This document shows positions 60,738 to 64,000 of a DNA stretch of 64,000 nucleotides, piece after piece (position 1 is the stretch's first letter; each line of letters begins with the position of its first letter). A program made the position numbers and the translations under genes. Origin of the DNA: Candidatus Binatia bacterium (GTDB taxonomy: Bacteria; Desulfobacterota; Binatia; Bin18); NCBI GenBank assembly GCA_963664395.2, contig OY761159.2, forward strand, positions 2,560,001-2,624,000. Direction: 5' to 3'. The notes beneath the pieces are model-generated. The model ran no database searches, was not told where the DNA came from, and worked only from the letters and a program-made list of their open reading frames with translations.

Positions 60738-62153
60738 ATGACAGAGCCAATCTCCCTTCCAACCTGGGTCGTGGCGGTGGCCGCTGCCCTGGTCCTGTGG
60801 GCGGTGCTCGACCGCCTGATTGTGCCCAGCACCCGATGGCTTTTCCGCCGGCGCGCCAGTCGTGTGATCGACGAGCTCAATACCCGTCTCCCCCTGCAAA
60901 TCCCTCTTTTCCAACGGACAAAACGCCAGGTGCTGATGGATCGCCTGACGGCCGACCCCGCGGTCATGGAGGCGGTCGAGACCGAGGCGCAGCAGTCCGA
61001 GCGGCCGCGCGCCGTCCTGCTGCGCGAGGTCAAGCGCTATGCGCGTGAGATTGTCCCGTCGTTCAACGTCTACGTCTATTTCCGCCTTGGCTATTACCTC
61101 GCCCGGCGCCTGCTGCAAGTGCTCTATCGCGTCCGCCTCGGCTATGCCGACGACGCAGCGCTGGCCCGCATCGCGCCCAACGCGAGCGTCGTGTTTCTGA
61201 TGAATCACCGCAGCAATGCGGATTACCTCCTCGTCGCCTACCTGGCCGCGCATCGCGCCGCCTTGAGCTATGCGGTGGGCGAATGGGCGCGGACCTGGCC
61301 CCTGCAGTCCTTGATTAAATCGCTCGGCGGGTTCTTCGTGCGGCGGGCATCCGATAATCCGCTCTACCGCCGCGTATTGGCGCGCTACGTGCAGATGGCG
61401 ACCGCCGGCGGGGTCGTGCAGGCGGTCTACCCCGAGGGCCGCTTGACCCGCGACGGGCATCTCGGCCCGCCCCGGCTCGGCCTCCTCAGCTACATGGTCT
61501 CGGCGTTCGACCCCCAGGGGGAGCGCGACCTCGTGTTCATCCCGGTGGGGATCAATTACGACCGGGTACTGGAAGATCGCACTCTGGTGCGCGCACTCGA
61601 TTCGACGGCCATGCCACGCAGCAGGACGGACACGGTCGTCACCTTTCTCCGGTTTCTCGGCCACAATGTGCACCTGCTGCTGGCGTGGCGCTGGTATCGC
61701 TTCGGGTATGCCTGCGTCACCTTTGGCACGCCGATTTCCATGCGCGCCTATACCGCGCGCACCAAGACCGATTTTCGCCGTTTGGACGCAGCGACGCGTT
61801 TTGAGGCCATAGAGCGGCTGGGCCGCGAAGTGTTCGCCGCTATTGCTGCGGCCATTCCGGCCTTGCCGGTGCCGCTCATCGCGACCGTATTTCTCCACCA
61901 TCCCCACACCGCCATGAGCGCACTCGAGATCAAGGCGCATGCCCAGGCCCTTCTTACCGCCCTCGAACAGCGCGGGGCATATGTCCATATCCCGCGGGCC
62001 GACCACGACTATGCGACCACAGTGGGGTTGCGGATGCTGGTCCTGCGGCACGTGGTGCAGGAATCGGACGGGCTTTACCGAGCGCGCGCTGCCGAGCACG
62101 ACCTGCTGCGCTACTACGCCAACTCGATAGCGCACTTCCTGCCCGAACCGTGA
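60738..62153 (+). CDS. Glycerol-3-phosphate / acylglycerol-phosphate acyltransferase (PlsB-like)
   Basis: NHRSNAD (HxxxxD), [18 protein letters not shown]-terminal TM. Confidence 0.9.
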   Translation: MTEPISLPTWVVAVAAALVLWAVLDRLIVPSTRWLFRRRASRVIDELNTRLPLQIPLFQRTKRQVLMDRLTADPAVMEAVETEAQQSERPRAVLLREVKRYAREIVPSFNVYVYFRLGYYLARRLLQVLYRVRLGYADDAALARIAPNASVVFLMNHRSNADYLLVAYLAAHRAALSYAVGEWARTWPLQSLIKSLGGFFVRRASDNPLYRRVLARYVQMATAGGVVQAVYPEGRLTRDGHLGPPRLGLLSYMVSAFDPQGERDLVFIPVGINYDRVLEDRTLVRALDSTAMPRSRTDTVVTFLRFLGHNVHLLLAWRWYRFGYACVTFGTPISMRAYTARTKTDFRRLDAATRFEAIERLGREVFAAIAAAIPALPVPLIATVFLHHPHTAMSALEIKAHAQALLTALEQRGAYVHIPRADHDYATTVGLRMLVLRHVVQESDGLYRARAAEHDLLRYYANSIAHFLPEP

Positions 62154-62301
62154 GGGCTCCATGCGCAGACGCAGGTCCTGTCCTCTGTCCGAGCAAACGG
62201 GGGTTTTGCGACACAGCGCTAAGACGGGCAGGGGAGGGGGACTGAAGCGGGGGAGATGTGTGCTATTTACCCGTCTCGGGAATCTATGTCTTGTATACTC
62301 G

Positions 62302-62510
62302 ATGACACGCGATAAAAATGGGATTCAGCCGACCGGCAGGACGATTGGCTATGCTCGGGTCAGTACGATGGAGCAGGATCTGCGCATGCAGGTGGATGCG
62401 CTGAAGGCCCAGGGGTGTCCGGATGAGTTGATCTTTGTGGATAAGGCATCGGGAGCGAAGGCGGGTCGGCCCGGTTTGACGAAGTGCCTGGAGACGCTGC
62501 AATCCGGCGG
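62302..62510 (+). pseudogene. Truncated serine recombinase (resolvase/invertase) N-terminus
   Basis: [11 protein letters not shown]...Q..AL...GC...IF.DKASG....RPGL..CL..LQSG; homology stops at a REP. Confidence 0.85.
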
Positions 62511-62519
62511 TCTGCTCCT

Positions 62520-62549
62520 GTCGGATTACGCTGCGCTCATCCGACCTAC
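62520..62549. repeat. GTAG-type REP palindrome (minus orientation)
   Basis: GTCGGATTACGCTGCGCTCATCCGACCTAC, near-identical to 29453-29482. Confidence 0.8.
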
Positions 62550-62554
62550 GGATC

Positions 62555-63583
62555 TCAGCCGAACTGCGGCATGACCTGGCTGGCGAACAACTCCATTGAA
62601 CGCTCGGACTGAGCCTGAGTGAGACTGCCCCAGGCGAACGACACCAGAATATAGTTGCAGCCGCTGGCCTCGAAGAAATTGGCAATCTCGTCCTGCACCC
62701 GGCTGGGAGAGCCGACTATCGCAACGTCCAGACTTCGGGCGACCTGGAGGTCGGGCGTGAACAGGGTGTGGGCCACGCCGAAGTCGAGCCACAGCTTTTC
62801 AATGTTGGCGTAGTAATCTTTATACGCCGGGGTGGCGATGGCTTCGGCTTCCTGGTCGGTGCCTGCCACAAAGACATGTCGGAACGCGCCCATTTTTGGC
62901 GTTTCGAGGTGTGGGTTGAGGTTCAGTGGATTGTCTCGATTGTGTGACCACATCTCTTTGTACTGGGCGGTCAGATCCTTGAGACCGTTGTTTGGTCCGC
63001 CGCTCGCCATATGCATGCCGCGCTCGGCGGCAAAGCGGAGGCTGTTCGGGTTGACCACCCCGTACCAAAAGGGTGGGTTGGGCGTTTGCTTGGGGTGCAG
63101 CTCCATCGGCACATCGGCGCATTGGTAATACTTGCCTGCGTATGTGAGTCGCTCCTGGTGCAGGCCGGCGCTGACCATCTCCAGCGCTTCTTCAAACATC
63201 GCCCGCGAGTGCAGAAACGGTACCTCAAAATAGGCCTGCTCAAACGGCGACACACCCCGTCCGACCCCGATTTCCAGGCGGCCGTTGCTCATATGATCGA
63301 GCATGCAGATTTCACTGATCAGTCGCAGCGGATGATACAGCGGCAGCAAATACACCAGCGGTCCCAAACGAATGCGCTTGGTGTGTTGTATGGCCGCCGA
63401 CAGGAAGACCCCCGGAGACGGCGCCATGCCCAGCGGCGTGGCGTGGTGTTCGGCCAGGTGATAGCCGTAAAAGCCGGCTTCATCAGCCATCTTGAGGAGT
63501 CGCAGGCGCCCGTCATACAGTTCACCCAGCGAGTCCGCTCTGCGTTCCAAGTGATCAAAAATTCCAAAATCTACAGTGCTCAT
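62555..63583 (-). CDS. LLM-class flavin-dependent oxidoreductase
   Basis: [31 protein letters not shown]. Confidence 0.93.
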   Translation of the reverse strand: MSTVDFGIFDHLERRADSLGELYDGRLRLLKMADEAGFYGYHLAEHHATPLGMAPSPGVFLSAAIQHTKRIRLGPLVYLLPLYHPLRLISEICMLDHMSNGRLEIGVGRGVSPFEQAYFEVPFLHSRAMFEEALEMVSAGLHQERLTYAGKYYQCADVPMELHPKQTPNPPFWYGVVNPNSLRFAAERGMHMASGGPNNGLKDLTAQYKEMWSHNRDNPLNLNPHLETPKMGAFRHVFVAGTDQEAEAIATPAYKDYYANIEKLWLDFGVAHTLFTPDLQVARSLDVAIVGSPSRVQDEIANFFEASGCNYILVSFAWGSLTQAQSERSMELFASQVMPQFG

Positions 63584-63610
63584 GATTGCTCCTTTGTGCC
63601 TCTGAATCCA

Positions 63611-64000
63611 CTAGCCCATCCGAGGTAACACATAGTCAGTGAACTGCATAAAGCTTTCATGGCTGAGCGGTGCGCCGATGATATAGTCCAAGTGGATTTC
63701 TTCACGCAGGCGGGTGAGTTCGTCTACCACCTTCTCCGGCGTGCCGTGAATGACCACGTCATCAACATAGCGTTGGACAGGGTCTCCGTCGCCATACATC
63801 TCGGGTGGAACATAGCTATTAACCAGCCACTGTGCCCCCTGGCGGGCGACTTCGGTTGCTTTTTCTTGGGTTGAGGCAATGGCGAGGAGACGCGCCATAG
63901 GCGTCTGGCGGCCTTCAATGGTATGGCCGTGGCGGGTGAGCGTGTCCCGATACAGTTCCCATTTGTGGCCCAATTCCGCATGGGTGGCGTGCGGGTCCAT
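63611..64000 (-). CDS. LLM-class oxidoreductase, C-terminal part (5' end outside window)
   Basis: IHGTPEKV.D.L, F...VLP C-terminal pattern. Confidence 0.75.
   Translation of the reverse strand: MDPHATHAELGHKWELYRDTLTRHGHTIEGRQTPMARLLAIASTQEKATEVARQGAQWLVNSYVPPEMYGDGDPVQRYVDDVVIHGTPEKVVDELTRLREEIHLDYIIGAPLSHESFMQFTDYVLPRMG

Noticed and set aside
62199-62223. GGGG...GCTAAG as a Tn3 terminal inverted repeat before the resolvase remnant
   Set aside because: Only about 24 bp rather than 38, no partner end and no transposase in the window.
1-64000. CRISPR array or rRNA genes
   Set aside because: No regularly spaced repeat-spacer units or rRNA signatures were seen; the 19-bp and 18-bp repeats are contiguous tandems.

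Overview
GC-rich bacterial chromosomal window. It has six luciferase-like monooxygenases (LLMs), two Baeyer-Villiger monooxygenases, several amidohydrolases and a surface protein with 'ENPG..SYQSGIG.ISGWVC' domains. That content resembles sponge-associated Binatia/Tectomicrobia-type genomes (inference from memory, not searched). Housekeeping genes: surA (partial), mfd, accC-accB-aroQ, selA with tRNA-Sec, glmU-glmS, dapL. Accessory material: a frameshifted Type IIG restriction-modification gene, four toxin-antitoxin loci, IS5 and resolvase remnants, REP-like palindromes and a frameshifted TonB receptor. Best leads: (1) a hidden 384-aa PrdB/GrdB-like selenoprotein (56090-57244) that the ORF track splits at an in-frame UGA, with a U-P-L-C motif, a SECIS-like hairpin, no reductase partner subunits and a coupled cupin; (2) a sodium:solute symporter fused to two C-terminal winged-helix domains, ahead of MetE-like and LLM genes; (3) a 4.3-kb cassette with a variable-loop repeat surface protein, bounded by exact 69-bp repeats of an amidohydrolase 5' end; (4) apparent pseudoenzymes (a TrpC paralog lacking catalytic residues, an amidohydrolase with Asp->Arg). 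All calls come from reading motifs by eye; no database search was run.
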